From IMG/VR virus record IMGVR_UViG_3300022745_000018, positions 64,001 to 128,000 of that record: DNA of 64,000 nucleotides; one strand, written 5' to 3'. A program made the translations under genes and the position numbers. Origin of the DNA: a virus. Below, in pieces: positions 43,439 through 51,729 of this stretch. The notes under the pieces are model-generated. The model saw only the letters and a list, made by a program, of their open reading frames with translations. It was not told the DNA's origin and ran no database searches. Position 1 is the stretch's first letter, and each line of letters starts with the position of its first letter.

Positions 43439-44350
43439 TCAATCGTCGTTAACGAGACTGGAGAAGAATGCATCATCGTCATCTTCAGGCATACTAGGTG
43501 TAGGGACAGCCGCGACACGTTTAGCGGGATTTGTTGCTTTAGGTTTCTCAGAAGCAGCCAACTCGGCGAGTGCATCCAATTCAGGATCTTGAGCAGCCTG
43601 TTGAGCACGAGCAGCGCCATTGGATTTACTAACCCCAGTGACCCATTCGAACTTCTTCTTCAATTCGTCATACGATTTGAACTTCTCAGGAGCAACATCA
43701 GCCTTCAGATCATAGCACTTGGCCAAGACGGCATCAATCTTCTTCTTATCACCACCAAACAGGGGTTTAGCGGCACCGAATGTAGAAGTGTCGTAGTTGG
43801 GGAACTTGCTAACGATTGTTCTAACCAGCTTGAAGTCTGCACCAGTCATTGGATCGAATGCGTTGATTGGTTCTGCACCCAAATCTGCATCAGGTTTAGC
43901 AGCAGCAACGATCTTGGCAAACATCTTCTTGGGCATCTTGTACTTAAACACACCACCCTCAGCTTCAGGATTGTTAGTGTCCTTAATCACCAAGATGTTG
44001 ACTGTGTAAGTTTCTTTGCGTTTGCGGCCGCGAACGATCTCCTTGTTCGCTTCTACTTCAGTTTCCCAAAGTTCACGATTGGCTTCGGAGACAGGATCTG
44101 GCAGACCGATAGTTGAAGGACTATCTTCAATATACCAACGATTGGTATTGGCATCTTTGAATGCAAAAGAGAATTTGCGTTGGAATGGGATCTCGTCGAT
44201 GTTCTTGTCAGGCAAGATACGGATCACAGCAGAGGCATTACCAACCTTGTCAGGTGTAGGTCTCCAGTATTCTGAATCCCCTTCATTATTATCGTAGGTT
44301 TTCTTTTGTGAAATTGTGTCAAATTGTTGAAGCAGTTTTGAAAAGTCCAT
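43439..44350 (-). CDS. 32: Single-stranded DNA-binding protein gp32
   Basis: WRPTPDKVGNASAVIRILP, WYIEDSPSTIG..DPV, RKRK..Y..NILVIKD, GADFKL, FKSYDELK, acidic tail. Confidence 0.95.
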   Translation of the reverse strand: MDFSKLLQQFDTISQKKTYDNNEGDSEYWRPTPDKVGNASAVIRILPDKNIDEIPFQRKFSFAFKDANTNRWYIEDSPSTIGLPDPVSEANRELWETEVEANKEIVRGRKRKETYTVNILVIKDTNNPEAEGGVFKYKMPKKMFAKIVAAAKPDADLGAEPINAFDPMTGADFKLVRTIVSKFPNYDTSTFGAAKPLFGGDKKKIDAVLAKCYDLKADVAPEKFKSYDELKKKFEWVTGVSKSNGAARAQQAAQDPELDALAELAASEKPKATNPAKRVAAVPTPSMPEDDDDAFFSSLVNDD

Positions 44351-44438
44351 TTTGATTTCCTTTTTGAAGTTTAGTGAATCCGATTTGTTATTGTCAGATC
44401 GGCAACTGACTATCTATTTATCTCTGTCTAGAAAGACA

Positions 44439-44470
44439 AATGGAGACCGCAGTATTTCGCGGTCTCCATT
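44439..44470 (-). terminator. Rho-independent terminator-like hairpin
   Basis: AATGGAGACCGC-N8-GCGGTCTCCATT, followed on the minus strand by TGTCTTT. Confidence 0.55.
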
Positions 44471-44483
44471 CAAGATTCTCTAG

Positions 44484-44675
44484 TTACAGAGAATAGCAGG
44501 TCAGACCGGTGCGTGTCTGACTGGTTTGGATTGCCATGCCATGTTCGTAACGCAGATCATAGATTCGAGCAGACAGACGCTGGATGCCCATCTTCTCAGC
44601 TTGAGCTTTGGTCACAGAACGGCCAGCCTCGAACAGAGCAGCCAGTTTTTCCAGTTGAGTTTTGGTTTTCTTCAT
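44484..44675 (-). CDS. Small helix-turn-helix DNA-binding protein
   Basis: GRSVTKAQA..MGIQRLSARIYDLR winged-HTH motif. Confidence 0.75.
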   Translation of the reverse strand: MKKTKTQLEKLAALFEAGRSVTKAQAEKMGIQRLSARIYDLRYEHGMAIQTSQTRTGLTCYSL

Positions 44676-44732
44676 TTCATACCTTTCATGTTAAAGAAAA
44701 ATGATGGTGGATAACTGCACCATCTACAGTTT

Positions 44733-44760
44733 ATTTTACACAGCAAAATCGCCATGTAAA
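44733..44760 (-). promoter_or_regulatory. Sigma70-type promoter TTTACA-16nt-TAAAAT with A-rich UP element
   Basis: Four copies of the AAAATTTTACAT class in this window. Confidence 0.7.
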
Positions 44761-44916
44761 ATTTTTCTTAGCTGAGCGCCGGTAACGTAACCAGAACCAA
44801 CCCGCATAGAATGATCACATCAGAATTCGGTACTTTGAAATAGACACCGACCATACCCATTCCAACCAGTGTTACGCCAGAGACAAATGAGGCAATGTTC
44901 TTCATGATATGTTCTT

Positions 44917-46269
44917 TCATTTTGCTACCGTATCGAACCAAGTGTTAACACCAGCGAAGGCACGTTCACGGATCTCGTCAAACGTTGGCCTGTAAAGAAC
45001 CTTACCGTTTTCGTAGTAAGTAACGAAGTCAGCAGAATCTTGATTTCCGCCCTTCGATTTCTTACCAGGATCCGTGATAGGATTCTTCACTGTTTTGACA
45101 GCCTTGCCACCAATGATCATCTCAGATGTTTTCTGAGCAAACTTGGATGTGTCACGTGTAACGGATTGCAGCAAGCCACCACCTGAGCCTAGCACGACAC
45201 ATTCGGGAGCATACCCGAGGTCAACCACTTTCTGCATTAGCATCAAAGCAGTGGTTGGGTTGATGCCATCGCCTTGAATGATACCGACATTGTTGATCAC
45301 TTTCTTGCCTTTGCTATTGATCTTGTAACCAAACGCATTACTTTGCATTTCAAGCAGAGCAGGCACGACTTCGAACATATCACCTGAATCTGGACGGAAC
45401 ACGACCTTGGCTCCAGAATTCACGATCTGTTCTTTGAACGTCGTACATAGGAGAGCAGCTTCGCGGAAAGTATTGTAACCATCAATCACGATGGAAACAA
45501 TAGAACCAGGTTTCGCATAGACATCAAGCATTCGCTTGAGATATTCATGTTGACCGCCTTCACCGTACGAACATTGGACGCTGTGTTCAGATGCAGGAAC
45601 TGAGAATCCGATCGGACCCTTTGCTCCGTAATAGTGTTTAGCGTACTGCAGAGCAGCGACATTGTCTGTACCGCTAAAGAAAACCAAATGGCCAAGACCG
45701 CCGACACCTGAAGATTCGAACGAGGTGGCGCCACGAGAACCGAAGTCATTCAAAGCAAATGGAAGATTTCCTGGATTGTCTGATGCAATATCATAGAACC
45801 ACTTCAGCGACTTGTAGAGTTCTAGACCCTGAGATGCGATCGTGGTGGGATACCAGACAGATCGCTGCATCGCAGTCTCGATGAACGATGCCAGGGTTGG
45901 GCACTTTGGATCCGTGGAAACAACAGACACAATTGCGGTGTTTGAAGGGACAACTTGACCCTCAGGAATACCACGAACACGAAGAGGTAGGAATCCGCCG
46001 TGTTTGTTGAGGACATGTTCCCACATCGCTCGGTCAAACGGTTCACCGTGTGGAACGATCAGTTCTTCCGCTTCGTCAATGTCAGCTTTTGTGATTGGTG
46101 TTTCCAGCCAGTCCTTGATATAGACACTTAGACCTAAGGGGACGATTCGTTTACCAGAAACACGCGGTTCAATGTACGAATACATCGATTCGGTTCCGTT
46201 TGGATAGACTGCTAAAGTCTGACTGTATTTGTACGAATCTGCACTGAGAACTACATTTTTCTTGAACAT
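44917..46269 (-). CDS. nadV: Nicotinamide phosphoribosyltransferase (NadV/Nampt)
   Basis: ADSYKYSQ, WYPTTIAS, DFGSRG, F.GTD, SVPASEHS, FRPDSGD, IIQGDG, GSGGGLLQ, DPGKKSK. Confidence 0.93.
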   Translation of the reverse strand: MFKKNVVLSADSYKYSQTLAVYPNGTESMYSYIEPRVSGKRIVPLGLSVYIKDWLETPITKADIDEAEELIVPHGEPFDRAMWEHVLNKHGGFLPLRVRGIPEGQVVPSNTAIVSVVSTDPKCPTLASFIETAMQRSVWYPTTIASQGLELYKSLKWFYDIASDNPGNLPFALNDFGSRGATSFESSGVGGLGHLVFFSGTDNVAALQYAKHYYGAKGPIGFSVPASEHSVQCSYGEGGQHEYLKRMLDVYAKPGSIVSIVIDGYNTFREAALLCTTFKEQIVNSGAKVVFRPDSGDMFEVVPALLEMQSNAFGYKINSKGKKVINNVGIIQGDGINPTTALMLMQKVVDLGYAPECVVLGSGGGLLQSVTRDTSKFAQKTSEMIIGGKAVKTVKNPITDPGKKSKGGNQDSADFVTYYENGKVLYRPTFDEIRERAFAGVNTWFDTVAK

Positions 46270-46293
46270 TTTTAACTCCTATAGATGTTCGGT

Positions 46294-47298
46294 TTAACAC
46301 ACTTGAGATTTGTAAGCCGGTTCTTGAACCACACCGGTCATTACTGAGATGATGTCTTTATGATCATCAAACATAGCGATACTGTTGAGTGCTTCGGATA
46401 AAGGCACCCATCGGCAACTAGCAGCATCATCACGCCCATTTGCTCTCGGCAGAGAACCATCCTTATCAGGTTGAATTCTAATATGAACAGCAAGGGTGCT
46501 TCTTGGGATCCCCATGCAGCGTGTAGGATCGTCAAATAGACGCGTTCCTACAATCGAACCACGGAGAACTTTTTCTGGGACACGAACATTCGTTTCTTCA
46601 TTGAGTTCGCGGATAGCGCAGTCCAAGAAGGTTTCGTCGCGATTTTTGAAGCCGCCTGGTAAAGCCATCGTTCCTGCGCCGGGTGCAAACTTTCGTTCGA
46701 TCAGAAGGATGTGGCCATTGCATTCCAAGATAGCATCACCACAATTGAAATTGAGTGTATCTGGGTATGGGTATTTAGCGAATGCAACCTTCTCACGTTC
46801 ATAGAAAAGGTAATCACCTAGTACCGTTTCTGGTACAGACCGATCTCGTTCAGCAAACAACTTGTTGCGGATCGTTGTTGCATCTATAGCATGAGATGAT
46901 TCTACGCTACGGAATTCAAATTCCGGGAACCAATTCAAATAATCATTCCCGATCTTGTAATGACCGAACAGAATGACTTTTTCGTCAGGTTTTGCTAACG
47001 AACCAATCGTCATCCTAACATCGGTGAGCCATTGCCCATCCGAATAACGATAGTCGTTCAGCGGAGCAAATTCCACTCTAGAGAGATCGATTTTGCTGTT
47101 TCGCATAGCGACGATTAGTGCTTGTACACGTTCGCTATACGTCCATGGATTTTTGATCGAGCGGCATTGGTTAGCTGAACCAACCAAAACCAGTAAACGA
47201 TCCACTTGAGATGCGGCTACACCCAACAAGTGCATATGGCCAGCATGCGGTTTTCCAGATTGAAACCGCCCAATAACAACTCCTACAGTTTTCTTCAC
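46294..47298 (-). CDS. Bifunctional NMN adenylyltransferase / Nudix ADP-ribose pyrophosphatase (NadM-Nudix, NatV-like)
   Basis: IGRFQ..PHAGH, KNPWTYSER, ALPGGF....E....CAIRELNEET Nudix box, GRDDA, FDDH. Confidence 0.93.
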   Translation of the reverse strand: MKKTVGVVIGRFQSGKPHAGHMHLLGVAASQVDRLLVLVGSANQCRSIKNPWTYSERVQALIVAMRNSKIDLSRVEFAPLNDYRYSDGQWLTDVRMTIGSLAKPDEKVILFGHYKIGNDYLNWFPEFEFRSVESSHAIDATTIRNKLFAERDRSVPETVLGDYLFYEREKVAFAKYPYPDTLNFNCGDAILECNGHILLIERKFAPGAGTMALPGGFKNRDETFLDCAIRELNEETNVRVPEKVLRGSIVGTRLFDDPTRCMGIPRSTLAVHIRIQPDKDGSLPRANGRDDAASCRWVPLSEALNSIAMFDDHKDIISVMTGVVQEPAYKSQVC

Positions 47299-47330
47299 CT
47301 GAACTCCTCAGATATATGATGATAGAATTT

Positions 47331-47358
47331 ATTTTACACAGACTCTAGAGAATGTAAA
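47331..47358 (-). promoter_or_regulatory. Sigma70-type promoter for the NAD salvage operon
   Basis: AAAAAATTTTACA-16nt-TAAAAT. Confidence 0.7.
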
Positions 47359-47365
47359 ATTTTTC

Positions 47366-48412
47366 TCACAGATGTTTGTAGACATGGTCTACAAACAGTT
47401 CATGACGATGTTTCTGCCAATGTTCGAAGTCGTCTTTGATCAACTGTTCTGTTACTTCCGCCGTTCTAGCGATAATAGCAGACTGATGATATTTTGTACC
47501 ATTCGTCAGATATCTAATGAACTCACCCAATTGCTTTCCGGATAGACCAGTCAGACGACCAACGATATCTCCATTGAATTTCTCTCTAGCCATCAATTGA
47601 AGACTATGACGGCGATGGATCTCGAAATGATCTTGAGCAGCATGTGGGAATTCAGTGAAGATCAGACCGTTCCAGATACGCTTGTCTTCAGGGAATACAT
47701 ACCAATCTTTTTCTCCCAGCGATTCGCACCACTTCAAGAATGCCGTGTATGTTTTGCGCTTCTTATCACGAACGCGGGCAATTGAATTCCGATTCTCCAG
47801 TAAATAGATGGACGGATTGAACAGATCGTTGTCGGCTACGTATTTGAACATCTCCTCGAGCGTCTGGAATCCTTCTAGATGCACTTCAGGATCGTAACCG
47901 ATTAACCGCAAAGCCGCGGAGAAATCTCTCGTGACGACGATGTTTCCGATTCTGTCAGTACCTGCGTTAACTGGCATCCATAGACCGTCATGTCCAAACT
48001 TCAACCCAAGCTTATGGAAAATTCTACCAAGGAGGTTACCACAATCATTGTAGGAGAAGTACCGCAGAGCGAAGTCGTATGATTGACGAGCGATATGAAT
48101 CAGATCAACCTGTACGACACCATCATCCAAAGGAATACCCAATGAAATGATTTTAGATTTCTTGTCTGCCCAAGCAAACTGCGAATGTTCAATTGCACCA
48201 AGTTCTCTATCAATTTGAGTCGTAGAATCCACCGTCTCGTCGAGCATCACGACAATGTCGATATCACCAAAGTCATCCTTGTCTCGGTATGCAGGAATAA
48301 CATCGGCTGTATACCCCAAAGAACGGATTTTCTCTACAACATCAGCAGAGATCGTGATGAACTGTTCTTTGTTCATTCGTTTGGCTTGAAAGCCCAATGC
48401 AGTGCCACCCAT
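47366..48412 (-). CDS. Pol-beta-superfamily nucleotidyltransferase
   Basis: MGG.AL N-terminus, KDDFGDIDIVV, VQVDLI catalytic aspartates. Confidence 0.75.
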   Translation of the reverse strand: MGGTALGFQAKRMNKEQFITISADVVEKIRSLGYTADVIPAYRDKDDFGDIDIVVMLDETVDSTTQIDRELGAIEHSQFAWADKKSKIISLGIPLDDGVVQVDLIHIARQSYDFALRYFSYNDCGNLLGRIFHKLGLKFGHDGLWMPVNAGTDRIGNIVVTRDFSAALRLIGYDPEVHLEGFQTLEEMFKYVADNDLFNPSIYLLENRNSIARVRDKKRKTYTAFLKWCESLGEKDWYVFPEDKRIWNGLIFTEFPHAAQDHFEIHRRHSLQLMAREKFNGDIVGRLTGLSGKQLGEFIRYLTNGTKYHQSAIIARTAEVTEQLIKDDFEHWQKHRHELFVDHVYKHL

Positions 48413-48413
48413 A

Positions 48414-48974
48414 TCATTTCCTTACTACTGAAAGCATCATGACGATGTAGTCTGAACCACACCAATACACAGAGTGTTCTTTCCGAGGATTGAAGATAAG
48501 CGCTCTTTCATAAAGAGCACCATAACTCTTCTTACTTGTCACTGAATCGTAATACTGAAATCTTGGTAGATCGCAGTAGATAGTTTTTGAGTTTCGCTCT
48601 TCATTGACAACTGCAATCGGTAGTACGAAGAAATGGATTTTCGGATGAATATCATCGGTATGCGGAGTAACCGATATTGTGTGCATCTGAAATTCTACAC
48701 AACCTGAAGGTATGTGATCGATGTACTTTCGATTCTTGTTGTAGTCATCACCAACCAATTCAAACCCATCATCCGACACGGACTCAATGATGAAGCATTG
48801 AAGTTCTTTCGGTAATTCAGAGAACTCCATCAAAGGGCCGCTAAATGAATTTACTTCATAAGTACATTGGTCAAATTTCGACCAAATCGACTTTGCAAAA
48901 TCTTCAGATACAAGTGGAGAGTGAATCATAGCGATCTCCAAAACATCAAACGGCGGGCGAGGCGACGATACCAT
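48414..48974 (-). CDS. Possible 2OG-Fe(II)/cupin-fold protein
   Basis: VTPHTDD ... LIFNPRKEHSV (HxD...H). Confidence 0.5.
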   Translation of the reverse strand: MVSSPRPPFDVLEIAMIHSPLVSEDFAKSIWSKFDQCTYEVNSFSGPLMEFSELPKELQCFIIESVSDDGFELVGDDYNKNRKYIDHIPSGCVEFQMHTISVTPHTDDIHPKIHFFVLPIAVVNEERNSKTIYCDLPRFQYYDSVTSKKSYGALYERALIFNPRKEHSVYWCGSDYIVMMLSVVRK

Positions 48975-49192
48975 TGATCACGACGGACTTCAGTGATGCT
49001 CGCTGTCTGTCGTTTGAATTCAGAACACTGCTTCTTCCAATCACCCGGCATATAATGAACTCTGTAGTAATGGCCATGATTGATTGCACCTGGCCAAATG
49101 TAACGGCCACCAGTCTCACACAGAATAGAATGAAACTTGGTGAAGTGCTCAGCTGGAATATTCTCAGATACTATATGCATGCTTATCCTCAA
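48926..49192 (-). CDS. Hypothetical protein
   Basis: 88-aa ORF in the operon. Confidence 0.5.
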   Translation of the reverse strand: MRISMHIVSENIPAEHFTKFHSILCETGGRYIWPGAINHGHYYRVHYMPGDWKKQCSEFKRQTASITEVRRDQWYRRLARRLMFWRSL

Positions 49193-49688
49193 CAGGCAAA
49201 CAAAGTCTCAATGTAACGCCACAACGAAGGCAAGAATACCTCTTACCCTCAGCGATTCGTTTAGCGACGATAGGTCCAACCGGTTGAATACAGCAATGGC
49301 ATTCAGCCCGCTGACGATTTGAATTAGTATTTGAACTAAACTCTCGAGAAATAAACCGAGATGGTTTACCACCAATAGACGCAACAATGCGCTTCCATTC
49401 TTTACCATGCGACTGTTTTGCTTCTGGATGTAGACAAGCAGTAATTACATGAGCGACTTCATGACGCACAATTTCGTCTAAGAACGGTTCACCGTAGAGT
49501 TTGAGTCTGGTTTCGTTGATCTGAATCTTACAGATCTTCTTATCAATCAAATGATCATCAAAGAAAGCACGACCGACTACATGTTTACGATTCATGTAAG
49601 ACAGCTGAACGGTGAAATCTGCAGTTTGAGAATAGCGCTTTAGTAATTCATTGGCTAAAGCAATACACTTGTCATGATATTGATTCAT
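49164..49688 (-). CDS. SprT-like zinc metalloprotease
   Basis: VGRA, HEVAH (HExxH), HGKEWK, C-terminal CxC/CxxC. Confidence 0.88.
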   Translation of the reverse strand: MNQYHDKCIALANELLKRYSQTADFTVQLSYMNRKHVVGRAFFDDHLIDKKICKIQINETRLKLYGEPFLDEIVRHEVAHVITACLHPEAKQSHGKEWKRIVASIGGKPSRFISREFSSNTNSNRQRAECHCCIQPVGPIVAKRIAEGKRYSCLRCGVTLRLCLPVEDKHAYSI

Positions 49689-49721
49689 TTTGAAAACTAC
49701 ATTTTGTTTGTCGATGGATGA

Positions 49722-49748
49722 ATTTTATCCAACCATCGATCATGTAGT
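49722..49748 (-). promoter_or_regulatory. ACYACA-box promoter
   Basis: ACTACA-15nt-TAAAAT-TCATCCATCGACAAAC. Confidence 0.75.
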
Positions 49749-50302
49749 TATTTCAATCCAATGAATTTGGATACCGATAGAAGTTTCTTGGCGATGTATC
49801 CACCGACAGTAGTTGAATCGGTCATGCTAGATATCGGTTTGTCCCAGATTGTTTCGACGGCCAATTTTGTCTCTAAGATAGATGCTTGTTTTGCGATAAT
49901 TGACGAATTTTCAATTTCGGCCAATGTTGCACCTGAACCACCAGAGGTATTTACTGTCTGTGCTTGCACGGGAACAACAGATCTTATTAGAACATTGTAG
50001 GTACCCAAAGTTGGGACTAACGGATCTCCACCGCCATCAACGAATAGATTGCCGGTAATCGTCAGTGTATGCGATGCTTCCATCGGGCGAACACGCCAAC
50101 CATTCTGAAGAAAGTAATACGGAGGAATTGAGATGCCACCACCCAAGTCATCACCACCCACCGTCTTGAATGCAGGTAAGTATTTAGAATTGTCGCCAAT
50201 AGTTATCCAATCAACCCACCTAGAATATATTTCAGCGGCGCTGACTGTTGCGCTATCCAAGACAATTCTTTTAGATGCTGGGTCGAAAAGAATGGCCATC
50301 AC
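49748..50302 (-). CDS. Putative virion structural protein
   Basis: EIYSRWVDW...YLPAFKTVGGD...YFLQNGWRVRP; TTAAAT motif upstream. Confidence 0.6.
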   Translation of the reverse strand: MMAILFDPASKRIVLDSATVSAAEIYSRWVDWITIGDNSKYLPAFKTVGGDDLGGGISIPPYYFLQNGWRVRPMEASHTLTITGNLFVDGGGDPLVPTLGTYNVLIRSVVPVQAQTVNTSGGSGATLAEIENSSIIAKQASILETKLAVETIWDKPISSMTDSTTVGGYIAKKLLSVSKFIGLK

Positions 50303-50347
50303 TAATCGTTCATGAAAACAATAAAGGGATTTAACCCTCTATTGTGC

Positions 50348-51700
50348 TTACGAGTAAACCCTGTCCTGCTCAGCGACTAGAGATAACGTAATTGTTTTAG
50401 ATCTTGTTAGTGTTCCTGTTGTCACCACAAACTTTCCGGAACCTGGCTTAATACCAATCAGAGTAACTGCTCTATCCGTTCCACCAGTAAATCCGCCCTG
50501 CGTATTGCCATCGTAGTCATATGTAAACGAGATAGAACCTGAAGAAATTGTACCAGTGATAGGTGTACCGGATGCATCATTAACTGTGATTGCACCGGAT
50601 TCGCCGTAATCATTACCAGTGCCGGGAGGAGATGTGAACATCAGACGATATGACGAACCTGCACCAATCAGAGGTGAATTAGCACTAATCACACCAGAAG
50701 AACTGTATGGGTTAGTGCGCTTTGTATTTGAATCGTCGTAGAACTCAACTCTGTTACTATCAGCAGAGGCAACGTTATCAATGTAGACCGATTGGCTAGT
50801 GACCAACGTATCACCAACGAATGTTAGCAAGTCTGGTTGAATCTTACCAATCTTTGCACCAGCTGTACCGGAAGAATTGATATCTGATGACTGTCTCAGC
50901 AGATACTGAATCTTCGTGTAAATCTGTTCCAAAGATGCACCATTGCCATTGATGATGATCTTGAAATTATACGAAGTACCACCAATCGTCCTTGATTGGT
51001 TTGCCGTGTAATATGACACAGTGATACCTGAATACGGTGAACCCGTCATTGCCCCGTCGGCAGCTTGAATCTTCAAGTCATCTTCGTTGGCGATCAAGAA
51101 GTTAACTTTGTAAGCACCTGTACCAGTCGCACCGGTATCAGCCAAGATAGATGACTTGTACTTTTTACCATATTCACGAACGAATGTCTTGGCGTATGTT
51201 CGTTTATCTAGGTTGCCGTTCGTTGCATCACCAAACACTTGAACACCGACGTTGAATTGGTCAGTGAATGGGAAGTTGATTGGGGAATCAGTGGCACCTA
51301 GGTGGTAATACGGTTGAGCACCAACGTTGATAGAACCCAAGCCAATGAAACCGGCATATTGACGTTGCAGCAAACCAGCAGACGAATACTCTGACCAACC
51401 ACCATCACGTAACATATTGCGAGTGGTATCATCAAACCAAGTCCAACCTGAATACGTTGCACCATCAGTACCCAACTGAAACTGACCTGACAATGCGTCA
51501 ATCGCATACATCGGGAACGGTGAATCTTGATACGTTACAGTCGCCCACGAGTCCACCAATTTCGAATAGACGGCCTGCAGTGTAACGCCGTCTTTCGCAA
51601 CCAAGTTGCCAGTTGCGACTAATCTAATCGTCTTTGCAGTTTCGTCGATGATGATCTCTGTGCCGACGTTTAGCAGGGACTTATTTGTAATTTTTGCCAT
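50348..51700 (-). CDS. Putative virion structural protein
   Basis: DGVTLQAVYSKL...PFPM.AI; G/S/T-rich beta protein; GAGGA RBS and ATAAATA upstream. Confidence 0.65.
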   Translation of the reverse strand: MAKITNKSLLNVGTEIIIDETAKTIRLVATGNLVAKDGVTLQAVYSKLVDSWATVTYQDSPFPMYAIDALSGQFQLGTDGATYSGWTWFDDTTRNMLRDGGWSEYSSAGLLQRQYAGFIGLGSINVGAQPYYHLGATDSPINFPFTDQFNVGVQVFGDATNGNLDKRTYAKTFVREYGKKYKSSILADTGATGTGAYKVNFLIANEDDLKIQAADGAMTGSPYSGITVSYYTANQSRTIGGTSYNFKIIINGNGASLEQIYTKIQYLLRQSSDINSSGTAGAKIGKIQPDLLTFVGDTLVTSQSVYIDNVASADSNRVEFYDDSNTKRTNPYSSSGVISANSPLIGAGSSYRLMFTSPPGTGNDYGESGAITVNDASGTPITGTISSGSISFTYDYDGNTQGGFTGGTDRAVTLIGIKPGSGKFVVTTGTLTRSKTITLSLVAEQDRVYS

Positions 51701-51729
51701 GTTTCAATCCTCTAATTTCAAGTATTTAT

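Noticed and set aside
43382-44116. 244-aa plus-strand ORF and the many other antisense ORFs in the track
   Set aside because: Shadow frames of well-supported genes (here gp32), with no RBS or motifs.
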